Part shown: positions 16,523-24,119 of the stretch, piece after piece
Numbering within the stretch: the first letter of the stretch is position 1
How the letters are laid out: each line of letters begins with the position of its first letter
Virus record (IMG/VR): IMGVR_UViG_3300038675_000789
Coordinates: 1-28,794 of that record
Source of the DNA: a virus
Taxonomy: Duplodnaviria > Caudoviricetes
Strand: one strand, 5' to 3'
DNA: 28,794 bases
Program-made: the position numbers and the translations under genes
Notes under the pieces: generated by a model
Told to the model about the DNA's origin: nothing
Databases searched by the model: none
Seen by the model: the letters and a program-made list of their open reading frames with translations, nothing else

Positions 16523-16767
16523 GCATCCAGCCTCCGGACGTAGAACTTCCCCGATATGCAGGCTATCCCAACAGGCCCGTTGAGGTATTCCGACAGATCG
16601 AGATCGGGCGGCAGGATAACCTGGTGGCCGTCGATGGTGGCAATCTGGTGGTCCTCGTGTGGCTCAAGGGCCGATAGCAGCCCGAAGAAGCGGCTGTTGT
16701 CGTGCGGCAGTATCTTGGCAGGTGTAGCAACATCAGAACTGTTATCTATGATCGCGGTGTTGGTCAT
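16519..16767 (-). CDS. Hypothetical protein
   Basis: 82 aa, GGAGGTG RBS, ATGA-coupled. Confidence 0.7.
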   Translation of the reverse strand: MTNTAIIDNSSDVATPAKILPHDNSRFFGLLSALEPHEDHQIATIDGHQVILPPDLDLSEYLNGPVGIACISGKFYVRRLDA

Positions 16768-17024
16768 ACTTGGACACCTCCCAGGGTGTCCAACATGCCC
16801 TCTATTTTTTTGATATTCTTAAGCAATGGGTAGCACTGTACTTTGGTGACCCCTGGTTTCATCTCGATCAGATCATGAAGCCAGTACGACCTCACGCGCA
16901 AGCGCAAGGCAGTTTCCGATCGTTCTTTTAAAAATGGCCTTATGACATCCCGGATCGATCCACCCGGTTGTTTCACGATGCCTAACAGCATCCGCCTATC
17001 TAATTCATCCCAATTTTGTTGCAT
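16764..17024 (-). CDS. wHTH protein
   Basis: DELDRRMLLGIVKQPGGSIRDVIRPF...SETALRLRVRSY. Confidence 0.7.
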   Translation of the reverse strand: MQQNWDELDRRMLLGIVKQPGGSIRDVIRPFLKERSETALRLRVRSYWLHDLIEMKPGVTKVQCYPLLKNIKKIEGMLDTLGGVQV

Positions 17025-17308
17025 GCCCTACTTCCCGAAGGGGCAAGGCTGTGCAGCAATGTTATGACCGCCAGATTCTTAAGACTAGGCGGCACAATCA
17101 TATACTGCTAGGGTTGTTGTTACTCCCGGAGACCTTGGAAGATTCTGGAGAGTCCTCAGCCTTAGCTTTCCTTCTACGATTATCCTGTTCTCGTGTTGAG
17201 ATTACTCCATGATATATTCTTTGGTAGTTGTTCCTTCGCCGTGCGGGCGGAGCGAAAGTGAATTAATTCAGAATCGCCAGCATGCGACTTCTCGGTAAAT
17301 TTGCGGCT

Positions 17309-18202
17309 TTAGACCGCCAGCTTTTGCCGCCACTCTTTCTTGCAGACTTCGCAGCGGTATATACCAACCGGTATACCCCCAACGTCGTCCTCTGCAGTAA
17401 GCCTGCTCCTACCACGACAATCCGGGCAGGGCTTTGCGCCGCGAAGGTCCGGCTCGATTGTGGGAAGAGATTCGTCTATACCGCGATTCAGCCACTCTAA
17501 AAGCAAGCTTCCGGTTCCTGGTGTTGGCTGGAACTCTATACCTCGGAACATGCCCGTATTGTCTTTATCTGCCCATGCTTTCGCACGATCTAGGTAGAGG
17601 ACCAACAGGAACTCATACTCAAGGCCGTCTCTCTGAATGGGGGCCAAGCCCACTTTCTTAGGGATGGTCTTGCCCTTCTCGTTGGTCTCGAAGGCATAAG
17701 CCTGCTTGGTCCTGGTGGTGGCTATAATGTGTATAGGTGAGGCCATAATGCGTTCTATGAGCTTGTTCTGTTTTCGACCTATGGAATCCCAATTCAGGAA
17801 TCCTTTTCCAGGGTCCTGCGCATCCATCCGGCTCTTCTGATCCAAAAGGCCGCCAGCTCCAGCCCATGCGTGGCTCAGAGAGTCGATGATGAGCACTGAG
17901 AAGCCAGCTTTTTCCGCAGTGTCAATGACCTCGATGTACTTCTCAGTCTCATAGGGCTCTGAGATCGCGGCCACCTGATAGGGACCAATCTTGAAATCCT
18001 TGACTTCGGGGACTTCAGAGCCGATATAGAGCTCGCCTCTTCCGTGCTCGGTATCTGCCAGAGCGATCTTAGACCAGTCGGATTCTAGGCCGGCTGCGAT
18101 GGCGAGGGCTGACATAGTTTTGCCACTTCCCGAGGGGCCGGTGAGCATCAGCCTGAGCTTTTGCTTCCGGCGCTGCGCTGGCGCGAATTTAACCCCTGCC
18201 AT
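17309..18202 (-). CDS. AAA_24 family P-loop ATPase (Sak4-like recombination protein) with C-terminal Zn finger
   Basis: Walker A GPSGSGKT, DTEHG, Walker B LIIDSLSH, QRDGLEYEF; CPDC...CEVC tail. Confidence 0.88.
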   Translation of the reverse strand: MAGVKFAPAQRRKQKLRLMLTGPSGSGKTMSALAIAAGLESDWSKIALADTEHGRGELYIGSEVPEVKDFKIGPYQVAAISEPYETEKYIEVIDTAEKAGFSVLIIDSLSHAWAGAGGLLDQKSRMDAQDPGKGFLNWDSIGRKQNKLIERIMASPIHIIATTRTKQAYAFETNEKGKTIPKKVGLAPIQRDGLEYEFLLVLYLDRAKAWADKDNTGMFRGIEFQPTPGTGSLLLEWLNRGIDESLPTIEPDLRGAKPCPDCRGRSRLTAEDDVGGIPVGIYRCEVCKKEWRQKLAV

Positions 18203-18203
18203 C

Positions 18204-18458
18204 TTACACCATCACCCTCTCTGGAAACCACTCTCGGCAGCTCCGGCAGATTCTGGAGCCGTTGTGGGCCTCCACGGGCAGACGATTCCTACCACAGTGA
18301 GGGCAGGTCTTGAACGTGGGGGTCATCTGCACTCCACCAGCCTTGCGGACAACTGCAAAAACAAGCTTCACTCTATCTGCTTCTGGTACATCCTCCAGCA
18401 TGTGGTTAATTGCCTGGTCACACACTTCTGATTCGCTAATTTTCTTGGGTTGTTTCAT
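18204..18458 (-). CDS. Zn-ribbon protein, first gene of leftward operon
   Basis: CPHCG...CRSC; GAGGAG RBS. Confidence 0.7.
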   Translation of the reverse strand: MKQPKKISESEVCDQAINHMLEDVPEADRVKLVFAVVRKAGGVQMTPTFKTCPHCGRNRLPVEAHNGSRICRSCREWFPERVMV

Positions 18459-18487
18459 ATTCCTGCTCCTCTATAACATACTGTATT

Positions 18488-18554
18488 ATCTTAAGTATTT
18501 ATAGTTTATGCTAAAACATCTAATTTAAGATAGAAAAGGCGGAAACTTTATATC
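18488..18554. promoter_or_regulatory. Divergent archaeal promoters (BRE/TATA-like)
   Basis: Minus strand CATAAAC-TATAAATA (18510-18496); plus strand GGAAAC-TTTATATC (18541-18554), about 23 nt before the AbrB ATG. Confidence 0.6.
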
Positions 18555-18576
18555 CATAGAGATTGTAGTAGAATAT

Positions 18577-18777
18577 ATGCGCGAAATGACTACCCCCGCA
18601 AAAGTGGATAAACAGGGAAGGGTTACAATCCCACCTGTCGTACGTGATAGTCTGAACATCGAAGTGGGAGATGTTGTTGAGATCACAGTAAAGAAAATAG
18701 CATTGACAGAAAAGGAAAAGAGCCAAAGCATAAACCCTCTGATGGCCGCTGAGACTCTTATGCCTGTTTCTGCTTGA
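18577..18777 (+). CDS. AbrB/MazE/SpoVT-family DNA-binding protein
   Basis: AKVDKQGRVTIPPVVRDSLNIEVGDVVEITV. Confidence 0.92.
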   Translation: MREMTTPAKVDKQGRVTIPPVVRDSLNIEVGDVVEITVKKIALTEKEKSQSINPLMAAETLMPVSA

Positions 18778-18800
18778 AGACAAGGTAGGTACGAGCTACA

Positions 18801-19367
18801 ATGTCTCAAAACGATAATAGCCTGCCTCAGGCAATAAACCTTTCCAATCGACTCACTCATTCGATGGAGTCTCTGGGGACCCCTCAACAGATCCAAATGG
18901 CCATTCGGCCTTTACAGGATGAGATTGCCCAGCTCCGGGAAGAGAGAGAGCTGGAGAGGCAAGAGGTGGCAGCTTTGCATGCGAAATTGACCTTCCTGGA
19001 GAGCCTGCAAGAGCAGGATATTAACAGGATATGCCTCGACATCGCCCTCGATCGCAAGAGAATAGCGAAGCTTGAGAAGAGTGATTCAGGAAAACACCGG
19101 ACTGGTGCAAAACAGGTCGCGCGCTTAGCCAGGGTTGAGGCGCTTCTGATCACTCGACAGAATGAACCCATGACATTCTCAGAGATTGGCAAATTCTTAG
19201 AGCTGGGCCATAGGGATGGTAAGAAGAACACCAGAAAACAGAACATGACCCATCTTGGGAAGGCCATTGGGCAAGACGATAGATTTCGTGTCTTTGACAG
19301 CAATACTCAGAAGGGATCTAAGATGGTATGCCTCCGCCAGGATTATTTTGGGGGTTCGATGAGGTAA
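18801..19367 (+). CDS. Coiled-coil + C-terminal winged-helix protein (candidate initiator), paralogue of 10269-11021
   Basis: Heptad region, then TGAKQVARLARVEALL...EPMTFSEIGKFLEL...MTHLGKAI...KMVCLR. Confidence 0.8.
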   Translation: MSQNDNSLPQAINLSNRLTHSMESLGTPQQIQMAIRPLQDEIAQLREERELERQEVAALHAKLTFLESLQEQDINRICLDIALDRKRIAKLEKSDSGKHRTGAKQVARLARVEALLITRQNEPMTFSEIGKFLELGHRDGKKNTRKQNMTHLGKAIGQDDRFRVFDSNTQKGSKMVCLRQDYFGGSMR

Positions 19368-19562
19368 AATTTTACCCTTTACCCTTTAGGCACTCTTTCT
19401 AACAAGCTTAAAGATTTCATTGATTTCTTGTAGGAAAAGTCGGGAATTTGGCTTTTCTTGTATATGTTTTACTTTGGAGAAGGAGAAGTATAAGCTATAT
19501 ATAATATTAAACATCAATTCTTTACTGGAGAAGGCTGGAGAGGTAAAGGGTAAAATTTGCCC
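19363..19562. promoter_or_regulatory. Perfect 17-bp inverted repeat (TTTACCC heptamers) around AT-rich core; candidate origin 2
   Basis: AAATTTTACCCTTTACC (19367-19383) and its exact reverse complement (19542-19558), 158-bp spacer; palindrome GGTAAAATTTTACC at 19363-19376. Confidence 0.65.
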
Positions 19563-19753
19563 TGGTGGTTTACATATCGCAGATAATTCCCGAAAATATT
19601 TGCGTACCAAAATGCCCCAATAGCACTTATTCTCCCAAAAGTAATAATCGCTATCTAGCGGCCTTGTGTGTACCTTCAAAGAATACGCATTCGTGATCGA
19701 TCCCGTTTTCACTAATGGTACAGTATATATACTATGAGCACCCATGCAGTCCT

Positions 19754-20272
19754 ATGGCACGCCCTAGTTACAAAGGACGCATTGCTTCTATATATTTCCG
19801 TAGCTCCGAGGAGCTGCGGCAGTTCGCGGGGGAGGCAAAGGCAGCCGGATGTCCGCTCAGCACCTACATCCTGGAGATGGTGGCGAAGGCAAGGGAAGCC
19901 GCCCACTCCAGGCCGCATGAGATCATCTCAAAGGATCTCGAGGATATGAAGCAGGAACTCAGGATAGTCAGAAAGGAGAACCGCGAGAAAGAACTCCTTC
20001 TAGAGCACTATGAGACGGAGCTGTTCAAGCTGCGAAACCAGACATTTTCCCAAGTAGATGCTCATCACACAGGAAAGGAGTACGAGACTCGTTTGGTGTC
20101 CATGCTGCAGGAGGGCAAGACCCTGAGCAGCTACAAGATCCTGCAGGAGCTTGGTGTAGATCCCAACGATAGCGATGCGGTGAGGCTGATATCCAACCAG
20201 CTTGAAGAGCTGCGCAAATTCGGCTTGGTGAAAGAGACTGCAGCAGGATGGAGATGGATGGTGAAAAGATAA
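19754..20272 (+). CDS. RHH + coiled-coil + wHTH protein (probable recombinase partner)
   Basis: RIASIYF...FAGEAKAAGCPLSTYILEMV (RHH-like); coil; LEELRKFGLVKETAAGWRW. Start refined to ATG 19754. Confidence 0.8.
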   Translation: MARPSYKGRIASIYFRSSEELRQFAGEAKAAGCPLSTYILEMVAKAREAAHSRPHEIISKDLEDMKQELRIVRKENREKELLLEHYETELFKLRNQTFSQVDAHHTGKEYETRLVSMLQEGKTLSSYKILQELGVDPNDSDAVRLISNQLEELRKFGLVKETAAGWRWMVKR

Positions 20273-20667
20273 TGGGATACGAAATATCGGTTGACCATGC
20301 AGAAATCCATATCAGGAAAGAGAATTTCGGTGCGGTGCTGAATGCAATAGCATCGATACCGGACCGGATGGCATGGACGGAACTTAAGGACATCCAACGC
20401 ATCGCGAAAAGTGGTGACATCACCAAGATGTTTGAACACCTCGGATGGCCGGTGGAGTTTGACTCTGATGGAAACATTGTTCGTATGGAATTTGACTCCA
20501 GTAAAATGGGGGACGAAGAAGTCTGGCTGGGAGCCATAGCACCATACGTAGAATCTGGCTGCATCCAGGTCCGGGGCGAAGATGGCGATCTGTGGCGATG
20601 GGTCCTTTCCGGTGGAAAACTTAAGGAAATCAGGCCGGAGATTAAGTGGCCGGAGGGGAAAGAATGA
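20272..20667 (+). CDS. Hypothetical viral protein
   Basis: MGYEISV...IAPYVESGCIQVRGEDGDLWRW; TAATG coupling. Confidence 0.75.
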   Translation: MGYEISVDHAEIHIRKENFGAVLNAIASIPDRMAWTELKDIQRIAKSGDITKMFEHLGWPVEFDSDGNIVRMEFDSSKMGDEEVWLGAIAPYVESGCIQVRGEDGDLWRWVLSGGKLKEIRPEIKWPEGKE

Positions 20668-20721
20668 TTGATATAAAAAAGCTATCTGATTTGGAAAAGG
20701 CGGCAAAACAGGGGCCATGGT

Positions 20722-21159
20722 ATGACCCTCTCTGAGCTTCTGGAGGGGCTGAAGCAGATCGATCCCGAAGAGTGGGAAATTATCATGCACGGCATTCCCC
20801 TAATACCGATGAGCCAATATTTTACATTTGATCATGGGGAAACAACAGCGCACCGATATCATAGTACGTATCTACCGTTTTCACAGATGGAAAGAGACGT
20901 TGCCCTGGTATGGCTTCAAGGCTGCCTCCAGCGTGCATGCGAAATGCGGGAATGGGACTTGCGGCAAGACCAGTGGGTCATCAAAATGGATGGCCAGAAT
21001 GTTGTCTACCACTATGCCACAATCGAGAAGGGCATAGCAGAAACCGGCGAGCCTTTTGAACACGAAGGCAGGGGCAAATCTCAGGCCGAGGCCCTGCTGG
21101 CGGCCTATATGGCGGCGGTAAAGGGGGAGAAGCTGTCAACCGTTCTGGCCCAAAAATGA
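20722..21159 (+). CDS. Hypothetical viral protein
   Basis: 145 aa, ATGA-coupled to the integrase; C-terminal SQAEALLAAYMAA helix. Confidence 0.7.
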   Translation: MTLSELLEGLKQIDPEEWEIIMHGIPLIPMSQYFTFDHGETTAHRYHSTYLPFSQMERDVALVWLQGCLQRACEMREWDLRQDQWVIKMDGQNVVYHYATIEKGIAETGEPFEHEGRGKSQAEALLAAYMAAVKGEKLSTVLAQK

Positions 21160-21401
21160 CCCTGATCGACGACTATATAGTGGACTGCCAGCTCAGGGGC
21201 ATCCGCTACCCCAAGACAGCTATCTACTACATCCAAGACTTCGCCACCACCTGCGAAGACCTGCAGAACGCGAACCGTGCAGACCTGAAGCGATACCTGG
21301 CGGTCCTTCGGGGCCGGAACCTCAAGCAATCCAGCATCATGAAGGCCTACAATCACCTGTCAGGCTTCTATGAATACCTGGTGGATGAGGAGCTGATCAC
21401 A

Positions 21402-21670
21402 GTAAGCTACCCCTCCCCTGAAGGAGAGGGGCTTTCAGCAGCCCTGAGCAGATCTGTTTCAGAATCAGAGATCTGCCCGGACCTCCAGGCCAGCCTACAT
21501 GCATCGACGATCTGCAGAGGTCCCAGTCTTGCTGGAACGTTGGCCTCAGATCTGCCAAAGACGGCTTCAAATCGTGTTTCGACCGCACCCTTTCGGGCAA
21601 GAGTCTGGCAGAGCCGTACAGGATCAGCATCGAACGGTTTACCGCTAGGGTGCCTATGATGCCCAAGTAC
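21402..21670 (-). ncRNA. Putative structured RNA (omegaRNA/reRNA-like) inside the IS605-like element
   Basis: Four successive stem domains plus the right-end hairpin; G.U pairs and a GAAA tetraloop form only on the minus strand; TATA-like ATATTTAA at 21701-21694. Confidence 0.55.
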
Positions 21671-21788
21671 ATGCAGGAGATTGATTTGACATGTTAAATA
21701 TGTATGCAGAGCACCGCGAAAGTAAACTGGGAAGTGTACCCAATTCCTCCCACCCCCTAAAGGAGGTGGGCCTCCTTGGTGCTTTACT
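21402..21788 (-). mobile_element. Non-autonomous IS200/IS605-family element (387 bp, no tnpA/tnpB)
   Basis: Subterminal hairpins CCCACCTCC-TTTA-GGGGGTGGG (left end) and AAAG-CCCCTCTCC-TTCA-GGGGAGGGG-TAGCTTAC (right end). Inserted 3' of TTCAC on the minus strand, with no target duplication or TIRs. Confidence 0.85.
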
Positions 21789-22573
21789 GTGAACCCGGTC
21801 ACATCCTTCAGGAAGAGGTATCTCCAGACCTACAAAGAGCAGATAGCTCAGGATGTGCGGCAGCTGGTCAGCATCGAGGACGCCAGCAGGCTGGTCAACT
21901 CAACTCTGGATAGTCGCGACAAGGCGATACTCATCCTCCTCTTCAAGACGGGCATGCGGGCCAATGAGCTTCTAGCACTAGACGTAGGCGATGTAGACAT
22001 TCTAAAAATGGAGATCAGGCTCAAGCCCACAACGAAGCGCAGCAATAGGCTGCTGTTCTTCGACGAGGAGGCCGCCGCAGTCCTGGGGGCCTGGCTCCGG
22101 GCAAGACCGCTCAGGAGCACCCACGGAGGCGATGCCCTGTTCCCGAGCAAGACCACCGCCAGGATATCAGTCCGCAATCTTGAGAGGTTGGTGTCGAAAC
22201 ATGCAGAGCGCGTGGGCCTGCACGACCCTGCATCGCCTCTGCTGGAAAAAAGATTCTCTCCACACAATGCGAGGCACTGGTTCAGTACCTGGCTATATCG
22301 CGCTGGGATGGAGGAGAGGTATATAGCCTGGCTGAGGGGGGATGCTCCACGAGGGGCTATGGGGCCCTATATCCACATTGCCCCCGAGGACGTCAGGAAG
22401 AGCTACCTAGCCCATGTGCCCAGGCTTGGGGTGTAGTTCGCGCGGCTTTGCATGTAAAGTCGGTTCTGCAAATAAAGTCGAGCGCCTGCAAATTAAGTGA
22501 CGGATTATATCAATTGATTGATTATATCATTTGATACCATATTTGATTAAGCTTTGTACAAAATAGACGAAAA

Positions 22574-22771
22574 CTATATACGCACGTAAAGAGATATTAA
22601 TATGGGGTGAATTAGGATGATAGATCTATGTGATAGTTCCACGACGGTAATCGAAGAGTCGATAGAAACCCAAATCATCACCAGTGAGATCATTGATTTG
22701 ATTCCTGGTGTGGGGCCTATCTTCGTCGATGGTAATATCGTATGTGGTTTGGAGTGACCTATTCGGGTCAT
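22574..22771 (-). CDS. Possible small hydrophobic protein
   Basis: 65 aa; ATGA overlap with the RHH gene stop; no recognisable motif. Confidence 0.3.
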   Translation of the reverse strand: MTRIGHSKPHTILPSTKIGPTPGIKSMISLVMIWVSIDSSITVVELSHRSIILIHPILISLYVRI

Positions 22772-22935
22772 TCTAATGATCTTTTTTTTCGCTCTTCTCG
22801 GACATAATTGACTGCGATATAGCTAACTAGGTTGCTTAGTGGTACTCCGGTCTCTTCCGCTTCCTGTTCTAAGAACACCCTCGCGTCCTCAGGCAATGTT
22901 ACCGCGACGCGCTTTTGTTGCTTATATTCTGTCAT
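22768..22935 (-). CDS. Ribbon-helix-helix (CopG/Arc-like) protein, not in ORF track
   Basis: Manual translation MTEYKQQKRVAVTLPEDARVFLEQEAEETGVPLSNLVSYIAVNYVREERKKRSLE* (55 aa). Confidence 0.8.
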   Translation of the reverse strand: MTEYKQQKRVAVTLPEDARVFLEQEAEETGVPLSNLVSYIAVNYVREERKKRSLE

Positions 22936-22981
22936 AGTATCTTATCGCGCAGTCAAAGGATAAATAAGTTATGCAAAGTGA

Positions 22982-23023
22982 CTATTAGTAACTTATAAAT
23001 ACTAATAGCATCTATTAGTAACT
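22982..23023. promoter_or_regulatory. Operator-like repeats overlapping a TATA-like box
   Basis: CTATTAGTAACT at 22982 and 23012, inverted TACTAATAG at 23000, around TTATAAAT (22993-23000). Confidence 0.6.
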
Positions 23024-23153
23024 ATGACAGAATCCCGCGAAGGTAACCAAATTTATCCCAAATTACTGATATTAGTACACCTTGCAATTAAAGTCTGATG
23101 TCTGCAAAGGAAGTCCCTCGTTTTAGGGACTTTACATGCAAAGCCATATGTAC

Positions 23154-23176
23154 CATAAACTATATATACTTATGAT
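23154..23176 (+). promoter_or_regulatory. Promoter of rightward accessory operon
   Basis: CATAAACTATATATACTTATGAT, 21/23 identical to the minus-strand promoter at 18510-18488. Confidence 0.65.
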
Positions 23177-23203
23177 GCGTATTAGGTATTGGAGTGAAAT
23201 GAG

Positions 23204-23350
23204 ATGGTACTGATTGGAAATAGAAAAGATATATTGGAACTGGATGAGCTGTCGGACGCCAGCCTGAAGGCCAATTTCGGCTACACTGTAGCTGGAATTG
23301 AGAATCTGAGAGACCAAGCGAATGAGGTTAGAAAAGAAGAGGCGATCTGA
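23204..23350 (+). CDS. Small hypothetical protein (not in ORF track)
   Basis: MVLIGNRKDILELDEL...EEAI*, 48 aa, GGAGTGA RBS. Confidence 0.6.
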   Translation: MVLIGNRKDILELDELSDASLKANFGYTVAGIENLRDQANEVRKEEAI

Positions 23351-23351
23351 A

Positions 23352-23645
23352 ATGGAGCCCAGAACGATCGAAGCCGAAACCGCTAACAAGATGACTGAAA
23401 CAGAGCTCATGGACACCGTCTGGGAAGCCCCAGACAACAGCATTATCGAGATCAACGCCGCCGACCCCAATCCGCAGGCGGAAGACAACGATGGGGTCTA
23501 TCTGGAGGTCGTCAAGCTTGACGATGAGGAAAGCGTGGTCCGCGACAGATGGCCGAACCAGGACAACCACCGCGTCCTGGTCAGAACGAAAGACATCTAT
23601 TCGATCTACCGCGCCCTGGTGGATCAGGTCGAGGAGGTAGCCTAG
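23352..23645 (+). CDS. Acidic hypothetical protein
   Basis: Start refined to ATG 23352 (GAGG RBS, after the upstream stop). Confidence 0.7.
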   Translation: MEPRTIEAETANKMTETELMDTVWEAPDNSIIEINAADPNPQAEDNDGVYLEVVKLDDEESVVRDRWPNQDNHRVLVRTKDIYSIYRALVDQVEEVA

Positions 23646-24119
23646 ATGGCCCCACCAGAAAGCCAGATCCAGAAGGTATCTCCCTCGGGGGATGCCATAG
23701 AAATGAAACTGCATGCGAGCATTCGAGCAGGCCCGTGGAGCGAGCCTGATCATATATATGTTGCCCCATGCGGCTGTGAGTACAGTCTCCGCGCCTATAA
23801 TCGGGGCGAGGGGTGGAGCTTCGTTTGCCCCTCCCATCGGGGCAACGTCAAATATATAGATGGGCCAGAAGCCAGACAAGTCCTGCCATATGGATGCTCT
23901 GCTGAGGAGTATCTGGAGTCCGACAGATCGAAGGCATTCATGGCATTCTTAGTGGGTCAGGACTGGGTGCCATCGACATATGAATATGGTACGAACGCAG
24001 GGGATTATAGTTCTCCTTTGGAATCGCGGGGAGGAGAACTCTGGTACCACAATGTGCGCCAGGGCTGCGCTACAAAGAGTGCGCTAATTGCCCGGAAGGT
24101 CGAGGAGGTCGCCCCCTGA
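23646..24119 (+). CDS. Hypothetical protein
   Basis: 157 aa, GGAGGT RBS, CGC...CPSH. Confidence 0.7.
   Translation: MAPPESQIQKVSPSGDAIEMKLHASIRAGPWSEPDHIYVAPCGCEYSLRAYNRGEGWSFVCPSHRGNVKYIDGPEARQVLPYGCSAEEYLESDRSKAFMAFLVGQDWVPSTYEYGTNAGDYSSPLESRGGELWYHNVRQGCATKSALIARKVEEVAP

Larger units (their letters stand above)
21156..22436 (+). pseudogene. Tyrosine recombinase/integrase (XerC/D-like, 297 aa when rejoined), interrupted by insertion
   Basis: Joining 21156-21401 to 21789-22436 gives ...FYEYLVDEELIT|VNPVTSFRKRY... in frame. Catalytic motifs TGMRANE, HNARH, LRGD and PYIH are all intact. Confidence 0.9.
22444..23145. repeat. Recombinase-adjacent repeat region: 18-bp perfect inverted repeat plus TGCAnnTAAAGTC boxes (att/arm-site-like)
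   Basis: GGCTTTGCATGTAAAGTC (22444-22461) is the reverse complement of 23128-23145; related direct boxes at 22467, 22487, 23083 and 23103. Confidence 0.8.

Noticed and set aside
17025-17308. 284-bp gap in the early operon with an imperfect hairpin (about 17068-17092)
   Set aside because: No convincing ORF, tRNA fold or repeat could be supported by eye.
21397-21802. Minus-strand ORFs (91 and 131 aa) in the insert as TnpA/TnpB or intein; insert as an intron
   Set aside because: No HUH, RuvC, Zn-finger or intein motifs. The 387-bp length is a multiple of 3 but contains in-frame stops. The ends match IS605-type hairpins, and I saw no bulge-helix-bulge or group I/II signature on the sense strand.
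22449-22499. Three short repeats as a mini-CRISPR array
   Set aside because: The units are 13 bp with 5-7 bp between them, far too short for repeats and spacers, and there are no cas genes.
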